Source: Chitinophaga pinensis
Lineage (GTDB): Bacteria > Bacteroidota > Bacteroidia > UKL13-3
DNA: 57,844 nucleotides
Reading direction: 5' to 3'
NCBI GenBank assembly: GCA_945873755.1
Contig: CAMCEM010000004.1
Coordinates: 1-57,844, forward strand
Every line of letters begins with the position of its first letter. Position 1 is the stretch's first letter. The notes beneath the pieces are model-generated. The model made no database searches. It was not told where the DNA came from and saw only the letters and a list, made by a program, of their open reading frames with translations. This document shows, piece by piece, positions 10,472 to 19,200 of the stretch. A program made the translations under genes and the position numbers.

Positions 10472-10789
10472 TATAATTGCAACTGAGCCTTTTTCAAGAA
10501 AACTTAAAAAATTAGCTAAAAAATACCGTTCACTAAAAGAAGATTTACTACCACTTTTAAATGAACTAGAAACTAATCCAACATTAGGAGTTCCTCTCGG
10601 AAAAGATTGTTATAAAATACGTTTATCTTTTTCGTCAAAAAGTAAAGTAAAAGCGGTGGCGCTTGAGTAATTACTTATGTTAAAGTTATGAATAAATCAG
10701 TATTTTTGATGGATATTTTCGACAAATCAGAACAAACAAATATTACTGAAAAAGAATTGATTATGTTGATTGAAATTTTAGCAGAATAG
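10461..10789 (+). pseudogene. RelE/ParE-family toxin remnant (frameshift plus in-frame TGA)
   Basis: The track ORF ends ...IRLSFSSKSKVKAVALE*. Shifting frame at about 10644-10650 gives KSGGA-TGA(10664..10666)-VITYVKVMNKSVFLMDIFDKSEQTNITEKELIMLIEILAE*. This is the expected KSGGARVITY core and C-terminus of this toxin family. Confidence 0.65.
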
Positions 10790-10870
10790 GTTTTTTTACT
10801 CTATTTGTTTAAAGAAAGAAAAATGAGTATTATATTTAATGTTATTGTATTTAAAACATAAATTTTTTAT

Positions 10871-11974
10871 CTATTTATTAGGCAAATAAGTTATTATCTG
10901 CTTAAAAACTGTTGTTTCGTAAGTTTCCTTTTCTTCTCCTTTAGTTGTGTTCATTATTAACTGTTTGTGCGTTAAGCTAGTCCAATTATTTTGATTATCA
11001 TAGTGAAAATCAAAGGACAGAAAAAGTTTTTTTTCTTCATTGAAATAGCTGACAGATAATAAATTATTGCTGCTATCATATGTTTTTTGAATTCTTCTAG
11101 TTTCTTTTCCTTTTTTAGTTAAGCTACTAATTGTTAGTTCTAAACCTTTCGTGTTGTAAGTTATTATTTTATCTATATATCCATCTGGGCTTTCTTGTCC
11201 AATATAAAAGAATTTTTTAGTATTTGAGTTACTATCGGAACAAATTGTTTCTGAATATAATTTTCCATTCACAAACTTTTTTTTATTTATCTCAACATTA
11301 TTTTTATCGTAAGAAATAATATCTTTTTCAATACGACCACCAGTGTATTTATATTCGCGTAAACTTGTTTCAATTTTACCGACATATTCTCCTTTGTTAT
11401 TATATGTTATTTGGATTTCCCTAGTCCCATATTCTTCACTTATATCTGTTTCAAAAGTTAATTTCCCGAGGTTATTATATTGGTATATAATATTTTTTGT
11501 TGGATAACCATTTTCGTTATAGTAAACTTTAGAAATAACCAAACCTTTATTGTTAAGTTTAGAAATCGTTGCAAAATTAAGATGGTTTGGCTCATCTGCC
11601 ACAACAGTACCTTCTTCTTCAGTAACTTCTTTGTATCTTCCAACCTTAAATCTTTTAACAAATTCTTCAATATTTTCGCAATTACAGCTAAATTCATAAA
11701 TGCTATCCGCTTTATAAATTGTTTTAAACCTTTGTTGTTTTGAACTTCTATAACCCCAATTAAAACTATATAGTTTTTTGCTTTTAATTCTACTTTTGGA
11801 ATCAAACTGCGCATCTTCAATTAGCAATTCCTTTTCTACATTTACTAGCAACCTTTTATAACTACCTATTTGACCCATTAATGGCGGTACATGTTGTAAG
11901 TTACTTATTTGGCAAGCTACTTTAAGGCTGTACAGTATAATAGGTATTATAATTATTAGTTTAGTTGTTTTCAT
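10871..11974 (-). CDS. hypothetical secreted protein with short internal Y-N/D-x-x-G repeats
   Basis: 367 aa with a signal peptide. Recurrent YNNLGK / YNNKGE / YDKNNVE / YNTKGLE / YDSSNNL units. Confidence 0.5.
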   Translation of the reverse strand: MKTTKLIIIIPIILYSLKVACQISNLQHVPPLMGQIGSYKRLLVNVEKELLIEDAQFDSKSRIKSKKLYSFNWGYRSSKQQRFKTIYKADSIYEFSCNCENIEEFVKRFKVGRYKEVTEEEGTVVADEPNHLNFATISKLNNKGLVISKVYYNENGYPTKNIIYQYNNLGKLTFETDISEEYGTREIQITYNNKGEYVGKIETSLREYKYTGGRIEKDIISYDKNNVEINKKKFVNGKLYSETICSDSNSNTKKFFYIGQESPDGYIDKIITYNTKGLELTISSLTKKGKETRRIQKTYDSSNNLLSVSYFNEEKKLFLSFDFHYDNQNNWTSLTHKQLIMNTTKGEEKETYETTVFKQIITYLPNK

Positions 11975-12109
11975 TTAATTAAAATTTAAAACAAAAATAG
12001 TTTTATGCACCATAAATAAAATAGTATTATTTTGTTTAGATTAAGTACTTTTCAAAATTGTTTAAAAACACATTATATTTTTAGCACAATTATTGAATAT
12101 ATTGCTACC

Positions 12110-14008
12110 ATGTTTAAAAATAACTTATTCATTGTATTTCTGTTTTTAAGTTTTTCTGCTTTAGCACAAGAAAAACCTTTTACATCTACTCAAAATAAAA
12201 AAGCAGATAAATTTTTTAATCAAGCACTCGAAAATTTTACTTTACAAAATTTTGGAGAAGCAATTTCATTGTGTAATAAAGCCATACAATTAGATCCAAA
12301 ATATATTGATGCTCACATGCTTTTAGCTGATTTGTATGAAAAAAATGAACAGCTAGATAAATCGCAAATTTTATACAGAAACTTAGTAAACATAAATCCT
12401 GATTTCCCTCTTAGTTACTTGGGTTTAGCTAGTTTTTTATTCGAGAATGCAAAGTATGATAGTGCTCAAATTAATATTAAAAAGTTTGTTCAATATCCTG
12501 ATTGGTTTGCCCGAAAACAAGTTGGACTAAAGCTTGAGAAAAGTATTGATTTTGCTGTAAATGCAATTAAAAACCCTGTTCCGTATAAACCAATAAATTT
12601 GGGAAATAAAATAAATTCAATTTACGATGATTATTTTCCTGTAATCACTGCTGATGGACAAACATTTTTATTTACAAGAAATTTAGGCGATAGAAGAACA
12701 GGCAATGAAGATTTTTTTATAAGTAAAAAAGTAGGTGATGAATATACTTTAGCAAAATCGATAGGAAACCCAGTGAATACAGAGCAAAATGAAGGAACAG
12801 CTTCAATTAGTGCGGATGGGCAATACATTTTTTATACTTCGTGTAGTGTTGAAACCAGTTGCGATATTTTATTGAGTGTGCTTGACGGATTAGATTGGAG
12901 TGTGCCTAAAAACTTAGGAACTCCTGTAAATACAAGAAGTTGGGAATCGCAACCAAGTGTTTCGTATAATGGTAGAACTGTTTACTTTGCAAGTAGTAGG
13001 CCAGGAGGATTTGGCGGAAGTGATATATGGATGACAAGTTATAACAATGGAAAATGGTCGCCACCAATGAACTTAGGACCAGAAATAAATACTGATGGCG
13101 AAGAGCAATATCCATTCATATCGATGGATGATAAAACCTTTTATTTTGTTAGTAATGGCCATCCAGGAATGGGCGGATTTGATATTTTTACTAGTAAAAG
13201 AAATTCAAGTAGTGGTAAATGGCAAACTGCCAAAAACATTGGTTACCCTATAAATACCAACGAAGATGAACAAAGTTTTAGCATAACTAGCAATGGAACA
13301 AATGCATTAATATCATCGGCTAAAAGTGGTGGTTTTGGTGGTTTAGATATCTACCAGTTTGAACTATATGAAGAAGCAAGACCTGAAATAACTGGTTATG
13401 TAAAAGGTACTGTTTACGATGCTGTGAAAAAAAATAAGCTTTCAGCAAAATTAGAATTAATTGATTTGGCTACTAAAAAAACTATTATTGAATCACGTTC
13501 TAATAAAACTTCAGGTGATTTTTTATTGAGCTTACAAGGCAATAAAAACTATGCATTAAATGTAAGTTTAGCAGGCTATATGTTTTATTCCGAAAATTTT
13601 AGTTTAAAAGACCAAACCAATATTGATCCTTTATTTTTAGATGTTCCTTTAATACCAATATCAGCAGGAGCTACAGTAGTTTTAAAAAACATTTTCTTTG
13701 AAACTGGTAAATTTGATTTAAAGCCAGAATCAACTGCTGAATTAGATAAATTAGTTCAGTTTTTGGTAGTGAATCCTAAATTAAAAATAGAAATTGGCGG
13801 GCATACCGATAACCAAGGTAAAAAATTAGATAATACTGCATTATCAAATAATCGTGCAAAATCGGTTTACGATTATTTAATTGCTAACAAAATTGAAGCA
13901 GCAAGATTAACATTTAAAGGTTATGCTGATTCAAAGCCAATAAATGATAATTTAACTGAACAAAACAGAAGCAAAAACAGAAGAACAGAATTTAAAATAA
14001 CACCATAA
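12110..14008 (+). CDS. OmpA-family protein with N-terminal TPR and TolB-like beta-propeller repeats
   Basis: The start was moved to the ATG at 12110, which gives the signal peptide MFKNNLFIVFLFLSFSALAQ. Repeated S.DG...(Y/F)F.S units. C-terminal OmpA motif GHTDNQG...LSNNRAKSV...NRRTEF. Confidence 0.85.
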   Translation: MFKNNLFIVFLFLSFSALAQEKPFTSTQNKKADKFFNQALENFTLQNFGEAISLCNKAIQLDPKYIDAHMLLADLYEKNEQLDKSQILYRNLVNINPDFPLSYLGLASFLFENAKYDSAQINIKKFVQYPDWFARKQVGLKLEKSIDFAVNAIKNPVPYKPINLGNKINSIYDDYFPVITADGQTFLFTRNLGDRRTGNEDFFISKKVGDEYTLAKSIGNPVNTEQNEGTASISADGQYIFYTSCSVETSCDILLSVLDGLDWSVPKNLGTPVNTRSWESQPSVSYNGRTVYFASSRPGGFGGSDIWMTSYNNGKWSPPMNLGPEINTDGEEQYPFISMDDKTFYFVSNGHPGMGGFDIFTSKRNSSSGKWQTAKNIGYPINTNEDEQSFSITSNGTNALISSAKSGGFGGLDIYQFELYEEARPEITGYVKGTVYDAVKKNKLSAKLELIDLATKKTIIESRSNKTSGDFLLSLQGNKNYALNVSLAGYMFYSENFSLKDQTNIDPLFLDVPLIPISAGATVVLKNIFFETGKFDLKPESTAELDKLVQFLVVNPKLKIEIGGHTDNQGKKLDNTALSNNRAKSVYDYLIANKIEAARLTFKGYADSKPINDNLTEQNRSKNRRTEFKITP

Positions 14009-14015
14009 AATATTT

Positions 14016-14423
14016 ATGTTTACTAGCAAAACAACAATTAGAGTAAGGTATTCAGAAACTGATAAAATGGGAGTTGTTTACCATGGTAATTACGCACAAT
14101 ACCTTGAAGTAGCAAGAACTGATGCTTTGCGACAAGTAGGTTTAACTTATAAAAGTTTTGAAGAAAATGGTATAATGATGCCTGTTTTAAGTTTGAACTG
14201 TAAGTTTTTAAAATCGGCATTTTACGATGATGAATTAACTATAATTACAACAATAAAAACATTGCCTACTATTAGAATTCATTTTTTTTACGAAATATTC
14301 AATCCTCAAAACGAACTAATAACAACTGCCGAAGTTGAATTGGTAAACATTGACATGAAAACAAACAAACTTACTAAAGCACCAACAGTTTTAATTGATG
14401 CATTGAAACCTTTTTTTAAATAG
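14016..14423 (+). CDS. acyl-CoA thioesterase (YbgC/4HBT hotdog family)
   Basis: 135 aa; RVRYSETDKMGVVYHGNY is the family's N-terminal catalytic motif. Confidence 0.8.
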   Translation: MFTSKTTIRVRYSETDKMGVVYHGNYAQYLEVARTDALRQVGLTYKSFEENGIMMPVLSLNCKFLKSAFYDDELTIITTIKTLPTIRIHFFYEIFNPQNELITTAEVELVNIDMKTNKLTKAPTVLIDALKPFFK

Positions 14424-14440
14424 AAATATCCTTCTTAATT

Positions 14441-15496
14441 CTAAAAATTTGCGTTAATAGTTTCTATAACAAAATCAGAAGCAGATTTAAAACTTCCAAT
14501 AGGTTTTATATAATCTTGCAAGCCATTTTGTGTAAATAAATTTATTAAATCAGGTTGGTTTGATGGATTAATACTAATTAATAAACCGCCACTTGTTTGA
14601 GGGTCGTTTAATATTTGAAATGCTTTCATGTTGTTTAAGCCTGTTACTTTCTTTTCATAAGCATTCCAATTTCTATAAGTGTTATCGGGAATTATATTTT
14701 TAGCTAAATAACTATCTATAAAATCAAAATAAGGAACATGATTCCAATTTATTTCAGCAGTTAAATTTGCACCTTCAGCCATTTCTATTAAATGTCCTAA
14801 AAGACCAAATCCAGTAATATCAGTAATTGCAGACACGCCTTTAAGCAAAGAAAGCTCGTAACCAATGCTGTTTAACTTGCACATACTTTTTATACAAGTC
14901 AATTCATGTTGTTCGTTTTCTATTAAGCCTCGTTTAATGGCTGTGCCAATAATTCCTGTACCTAAAGGTTTTGTTAAAAACAATAAATCTCCTTTTTGGG
15001 CAGAACTATTTTTTTTAATATTTTTTGTATCAACTATTCCATTCACTGCTAAACCAAACATGGGTTCTAAACTATCAATGCTGTGTCCACCAGCAATTGG
15101 AATATTAGCTTGGCTGCAAACAAATTGAGCACCTTCAATTACTTTTGAAGCCAATTCTAATGATAATTTATCAATTGGCCAACCCAAAATTGCATTTGCA
15201 AAAATTGGCTTCCCTCCCATTGCATATACATCGCTTATTGCATTGGTAGCTGCTATTCGTCCAAAATCAAAAGCATCATCTACAATAGGCATAAAAAAAT
15301 CGACAGTGCTAACTAATGATTGCCCATTTCCTAAATCCCAAACTGCTGCATCGTCATTGTTATTGTTACCAACTAATAAGTTTTTAAACAAAACACTTGT
15401 TTTGTTTTTACTTAAAATTTGTTCTAGTTTATCGGGTGCAATTTTACAGCCACAGCCAGCACCATGACTATATTGAGTTAGTTTAATAGTTGTCAT
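14441..15496 (-). CDS. selD: selenide, water dikinase (selenophosphate synthetase), Cys type
   Basis: N-terminus KLTQYSHGAGCGCKIAP is nearly identical to the E. coli SelD active-site loop. AIR-synthase-like fold at 351 aa. Confidence 0.9.
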   Translation of the reverse strand: MTTIKLTQYSHGAGCGCKIAPDKLEQILSKNKTSVLFKNLLVGNNNNDDAAVWDLGNGQSLVSTVDFFMPIVDDAFDFGRIAATNAISDVYAMGGKPIFANAILGWPIDKLSLELASKVIEGAQFVCSQANIPIAGGHSIDSLEPMFGLAVNGIVDTKNIKKNSSAQKGDLLFLTKPLGTGIIGTAIKRGLIENEQHELTCIKSMCKLNSIGYELSLLKGVSAITDITGFGLLGHLIEMAEGANLTAEINWNHVPYFDFIDSYLAKNIIPDNTYRNWNAYEKKVTGLNNMKAFQILNDPQTSGGLLISINPSNQPDLINLFTQNGLQDYIKPIGSFKSASDFVIETINANF

Positions 15497-16107
15497 TTAA
15501 AATTTGTTATATCAAGTACATTTTCACAAAATTCGTATTCGTATAATTGGTTACTAGCAACTATAATGGTACATTTATTATTTATTATTTGAATACATTT
15601 TTTATACCATATAATCCCTGCTTCATCAAAATTACTACAAGGTTCATCTAACAACAAAAGATTGCATTGCGTTGCAAATGCTAAAATAAGCTTTGCCCTT
15701 TGTTTCATTCCACTCGAAAAGTTTTTTATTAACTTATGCTTATGTTCAAATAAATTTGATTCTGTTATCAATTGATTTAAATCTAATTCACTTCTTGTTG
15801 ACTTTATATTAAAATGAAAATCAATAACTTCTTGTAAAGTAAGTTCTTCTGGAAGTTCTAAATATGGCGATGCAAAAGCCATGTGAGTTTGTGTATTTTC
15901 TTCAATTAAATTATTGTTTAAATAATAATTTATTTCACCGTTGCTAAAAGTATTGTAGTTATATATTATTTGTATTAAAGTTGATTTCCCACTTCCATTA
16001 TACCCGGTAATTGCATACGATTGGTTAGCTTCAAATACAAAATCGAGGTTGGAGAAAATGATTTGTTTATTAAATTTTTTAGTTAATTTTTTTAAAACTA
16101 TTTGCAT
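15493..16107 (-). CDS. ABC-type ATPase with no adjacent permease
   Basis: Walker A GYNGSGKS, signature FSSGMKQR, Walker B LLLLDEP. The start was trimmed to MQIVLKKL (16107). Its stop overlaps the selD start as ATGA. Confidence 0.8.
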   Translation of the reverse strand: MQIVLKKLTKKFNKQIIFSNLDFVFEANQSYAITGYNGSGKSTLIQIIYNYNTFSNGEINYYLNNNLIEENTQTHMAFASPYLELPEELTLQEVIDFHFNIKSTRSELDLNQLITESNLFEHKHKLIKNFSSGMKQRAKLILAFATQCNLLLLDEPCSNFDEAGIIWYKKCIQIINNKCTIIVASNQLYEYEFCENVLDITNFK

Positions 16108-16111
16108 TATA

Positions 16112-16693
16112 TTATTTAATTTTATCACTCTCCCACTGCGCTGCAACATTACTCAATTCATTGAACCATTCTGTTCCAAATTTTCTAATTAAAGGTATTT
16201 TTAAAAACTGGAATACTGCTAATTTATGTTCATCGCCAAGTTTACAAGCAGGTTTACAAATATCCCATTTATGGTAATTAACTGCATCGTAGTTGCCTAC
16301 TTTACTAATTCTAATTGGATATAAGTGGCACGACAAAGGCTTTTGAATACTTGATTTACCTGCTTTTGAAGCCTGTTCTATACCACATTTTAAAGTTCCA
16401 TCGCTTTCTTTAATTGAAAAATTACATGCCCCTGATGGAAGACAAGTTGTAACTAAATCGCCATCGATGTCTTTTTCCCAAATTCCTTTTTTATTTATTT
16501 CATTAATCGATTCAGCACTTAAGAAAGGTAAAATATTTGAAAGTTCTGCTTCTATGGTTTCAATTTCTTCCTCTGTTAAAGGTGCACCAAAATCGCCTTC
16601 AATACAGCAAGCACCTTTGCAAGCAGACAAATTGCAAATAAAATTTTTTTCTAAAATATCCTCCGAAATGATTGTATTGTCAAGTAATATCAT
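16112..16693 (-). CDS. DUF3109-like cysteine-rich protein
   Basis: 193 aa; CNLSACKGACCIEGDFGAPLTEEE plus further Cys pairs. Its stop lies 4 nt upstream of the ABC ATPase start. Confidence 0.6.
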   Translation of the reverse strand: MILLDNTIISEDILEKNFICNLSACKGACCIEGDFGAPLTEEEIETIEAELSNILPFLSAESINEINKKGIWEKDIDGDLVTTCLPSGACNFSIKESDGTLKCGIEQASKAGKSSIQKPLSCHLYPIRISKVGNYDAVNYHKWDICKPACKLGDEHKLAVFQFLKIPLIRKFGTEWFNELSNVAAQWESDKIK

Positions 16694-16749
16694 AAATTGA
16701 TATCAAAAATAATATTTACAAACACTTAACCTTTACTTTTAATAATTAA

Positions 16750-17160
16750 CTAATAAAAGTCCTTTTGTTTTTTTATTTTACTTACTAAAAAACCTAATAA
16801 TGAAAATGGTATATAAACAAATATACTTAATACATTAAATAGCATAGGGCCCGGATTGAATAAACCGCCTATTGCCAATGCCAAACCAACAATTAAAGCA
16901 GGATAAATTTGTTTTCTATCGGATGATAAAGTTGCAACTACACCGCCCATAAATGCACCAATTGCGTAACACAATGCTTCTTAAGTAAAAGCATAGTATG
17001 GTAGCTCACTAATGTGTTTATTAATTTCATCTAAATTATTTAAATCAATATTTGTAGGGGTGGGAAAAAATTTATATATTATTTGTTCCAAAGGTAAAAT
17101 AATGATTGCCGCAATTAAAATTCCAGAAAAAACAGAAAAAATATACTTGAAATATTTCAT
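16750..17160 (-). pseudogene. small membrane protein interrupted by an in-frame TAA
   Basis: Manual translation from the ATG at 17160 gives MKYFKYIFSVFSGILIAAIIILPLEQ...ELPYYAFT-TAA(16983..16981)-EALCYAIGAFMGGVVATL...VSKIKKQKDFY. It is one continuous frame of about 136 codons with 3-4 hydrophobic segments. Confidence 0.55.
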
Positions 17161-17193
17161 TTTAAACTAGTTTAAGTTAAAACAAATAAACAG

Positions 17194-18501
17194 CTATTCT
17201 TTTAAAAATTTATAAATAACTGTTTTATTACTTGATTTTATTTTTAAGAAATATAACCCATTACTTAAATTAGTTACGTTTATTTTGTTATTAATTACAT
17301 CTATATCTTGTATATTTCCTAATAGTGAAACAATTGAAATGGATAACTCTAAACCTAGAGGATTGTCAATTATCAATTCGTTTTTTGATGGATTTGGATA
17401 AAAAGTTAAATTCTCCTTTAAATTGATTGTATTGTCAACATTAGTTTTATTACACATAACAGCATTTAGTTTTTGCCATATTTGATTACAAAAAAGTGTA
17501 GGCACTTCTCCAAAATTTGTTGGCGCATCGCCCATTCTAACTACAACCAAACCTTTACTTTTTGAAACACTTACTATTTGGCCGTTTTTACCAATTCCTG
17601 CAAACATATCGGCAGGAGCTTGTGGCGCGTAACTTCCGGGTATAACTGTTTGCAAGGTTGGAACCATGTAAGAAGCTTTTCCATTTAACCACCACAAATA
17701 ACCATACGAAAGATTTAAATTTTGAGAAGTGTTGACCATTTTATTAATATAATCGGTATCATTTAAAATAGCTTCATTTCCCCATTTACAATTATTTTGA
17801 AAAAGCAATCCAAACCTAGCCATGTTCCTGGGTTTACTATAGAATACATTGTCGTTATTATTATAATACCATAATCCGTAAATACCGGTTTTTATTGATA
17901 ACTTTTGAGAAGTATAATTATTTATTGTAACTGAAGTAGCATTTGTAATTACTTTTTCTAATAAAGTGTAGGGTGCATTGTGGTAAGCCCATCTTGTTCC
18001 AACATTTGCTTTAAAAATTAAACATTTTTTATCGGTACAATGGTTATCAATTACTCCATCGTCCAAGCCCGTTGTCATTGTTAAATGGCTTAAAATACTC
18101 ATTTTATTTTCTTGTTGTTCGGTACAATCTGTCCAACCTTTTCCTAAATATTTTGAAGAGGTATCTGTAATTTTTAAGTAACCCTCTTCTTGTGCTTTGC
18201 CAATTAAAAGCGAAGTAATGGTTTTACCAGCCGATGCCCAATACCAAATGCTGTCTTTAGTAAAAGTGTTAAAATATTTTTCAAGTACTATTTTTCCATC
18301 TTTTAAAACTATAAAAGCTTTTGAATTTTCTTTTTCTAAAAAATTATACAACGAATCAATTTCGGGTAAACACCAACCCAACGATGAGGGCGAAACAGTG
18401 TCCCAATTAGCATTGAAACTTAAAGGAGGGAAATATATTTGTTGTGCATTTAATTTAACAAAACCCGCATAAAATAATAGAAGTAAAAATATTTTTTTCA
18501 T
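17194..18501 (-). CDS. beta-lactamase-fold serine hydrolase with a T9SS C-terminal sorting domain
   Basis: Signal peptide; SxxK motif WASAGKT. The C-terminus FYPNPSKNELII...NGLYFLKIKS is T9SS CTD-like. Confidence 0.75.
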   Translation of the reverse strand: MKKIFLLLLFYAGFVKLNAQQIYFPPLSFNANWDTVSPSSLGWCLPEIDSLYNFLEKENSKAFIVLKDGKIVLEKYFNTFTKDSIWYWASAGKTITSLLIGKAQEEGYLKITDTSSKYLGKGWTDCTEQQENKMSILSHLTMTTGLDDGVIDNHCTDKKCLIFKANVGTRWAYHNAPYTLLEKVITNATSVTINNYTSQKLSIKTGIYGLWYYNNNDNVFYSKPRNMARFGLLFQNNCKWGNEAILNDTDYINKMVNTSQNLNLSYGYLWWLNGKASYMVPTLQTVIPGSYAPQAPADMFAGIGKNGQIVSVSKSKGLVVVRMGDAPTNFGEVPTLFCNQIWQKLNAVMCNKTNVDNTINLKENLTFYPNPSKNELIIDNPLGLELSISIVSLLGNIQDIDVINNKINVTNLSNGLYFLKIKSSNKTVIYKFLKE

Positions 18502-18546
18502 TTAATTTTTTGTAATAAGACTTAAATAAATGAATTAGGTTTAATT

Positions 18547-19194
18547 TTATTCAACAATTATACTATCAAAGTCAAATTTATATAAAAGGTCCATTGGAGA
18601 ATTTTTGTAAATAGTGATTAAGTCTTTTAATATTCCGTTTTTTAAACCATAAACACAACCGTGTAATACAGGATATTCGCTATTTCTCCACGAATTTTGT
18701 ACAATTGATGTTTTAGCCAAATTATTTACCTGCTCTATTATATTAAATTCAACCAAAGCATCTGTTTTTTCATCCACATTTTCATATTTATCAAGCTCAT
18801 TAAAATGCAATCTATACACATCTTTAATGTTCCTTAACCATTTGTTTAATAAACCAAAATGGTGATTGGTAATAGCTGCTTTTACTCCCCCGCATCCATA
18901 ATGACCACAAACTATTATATGTTTTACTTTTAAAACCTCTACTGCATATTTTAAAACGCTCAACATATTTAAATCGGTATTTACTACCAAGTTTGCAATG
19001 TTACGGTGTACAAATATTTCACCAGGCTCAGTATTAGTAACTTCATTGGCAGGAACCCTGCTATCAGAACATCCAATCCATAAAAACTCAGGCTTTTGTA
19101 ATTCAGCTAAATGTATAAAATAGTTTTCATCTTGGTCTATCTTTTCTGTTACCCACGATTTGTTTTGGAGTAATAATTTTTCGTATTCATTCAT
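18547..19194 (-). CDS. beta-class carbonic anhydrase
   Basis: CSDSRVPA and VCGHYGCGG zinc-ligand motifs; 215 aa. Confidence 0.9.
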   Translation of the reverse strand: MNEYEKLLLQNKSWVTEKIDQDENYFIHLAELQKPEFLWIGCSDSRVPANEVTNTEPGEIFVHRNIANLVVNTDLNMLSVLKYAVEVLKVKHIIVCGHYGCGGVKAAITNHHFGLLNKWLRNIKDVYRLHFNELDKYENVDEKTDALVEFNIIEQVNNLAKTSIVQNSWRNSEYPVLHGCVYGLKNGILKDLITIYKNSPMDLLYKFDFDSIIVE

Positions 19195-19200
19195 TATTTT

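Noticed and set aside
11458-11820. A 120 aa same-strand, alternative-frame ORF inside the 10871..11974 gene.
   Set aside because: The translation is Lys/Leu/Ile-rich and low-complexity, as expected from an AT-rich off-frame. The main frame has a signal peptide and spans the full length.
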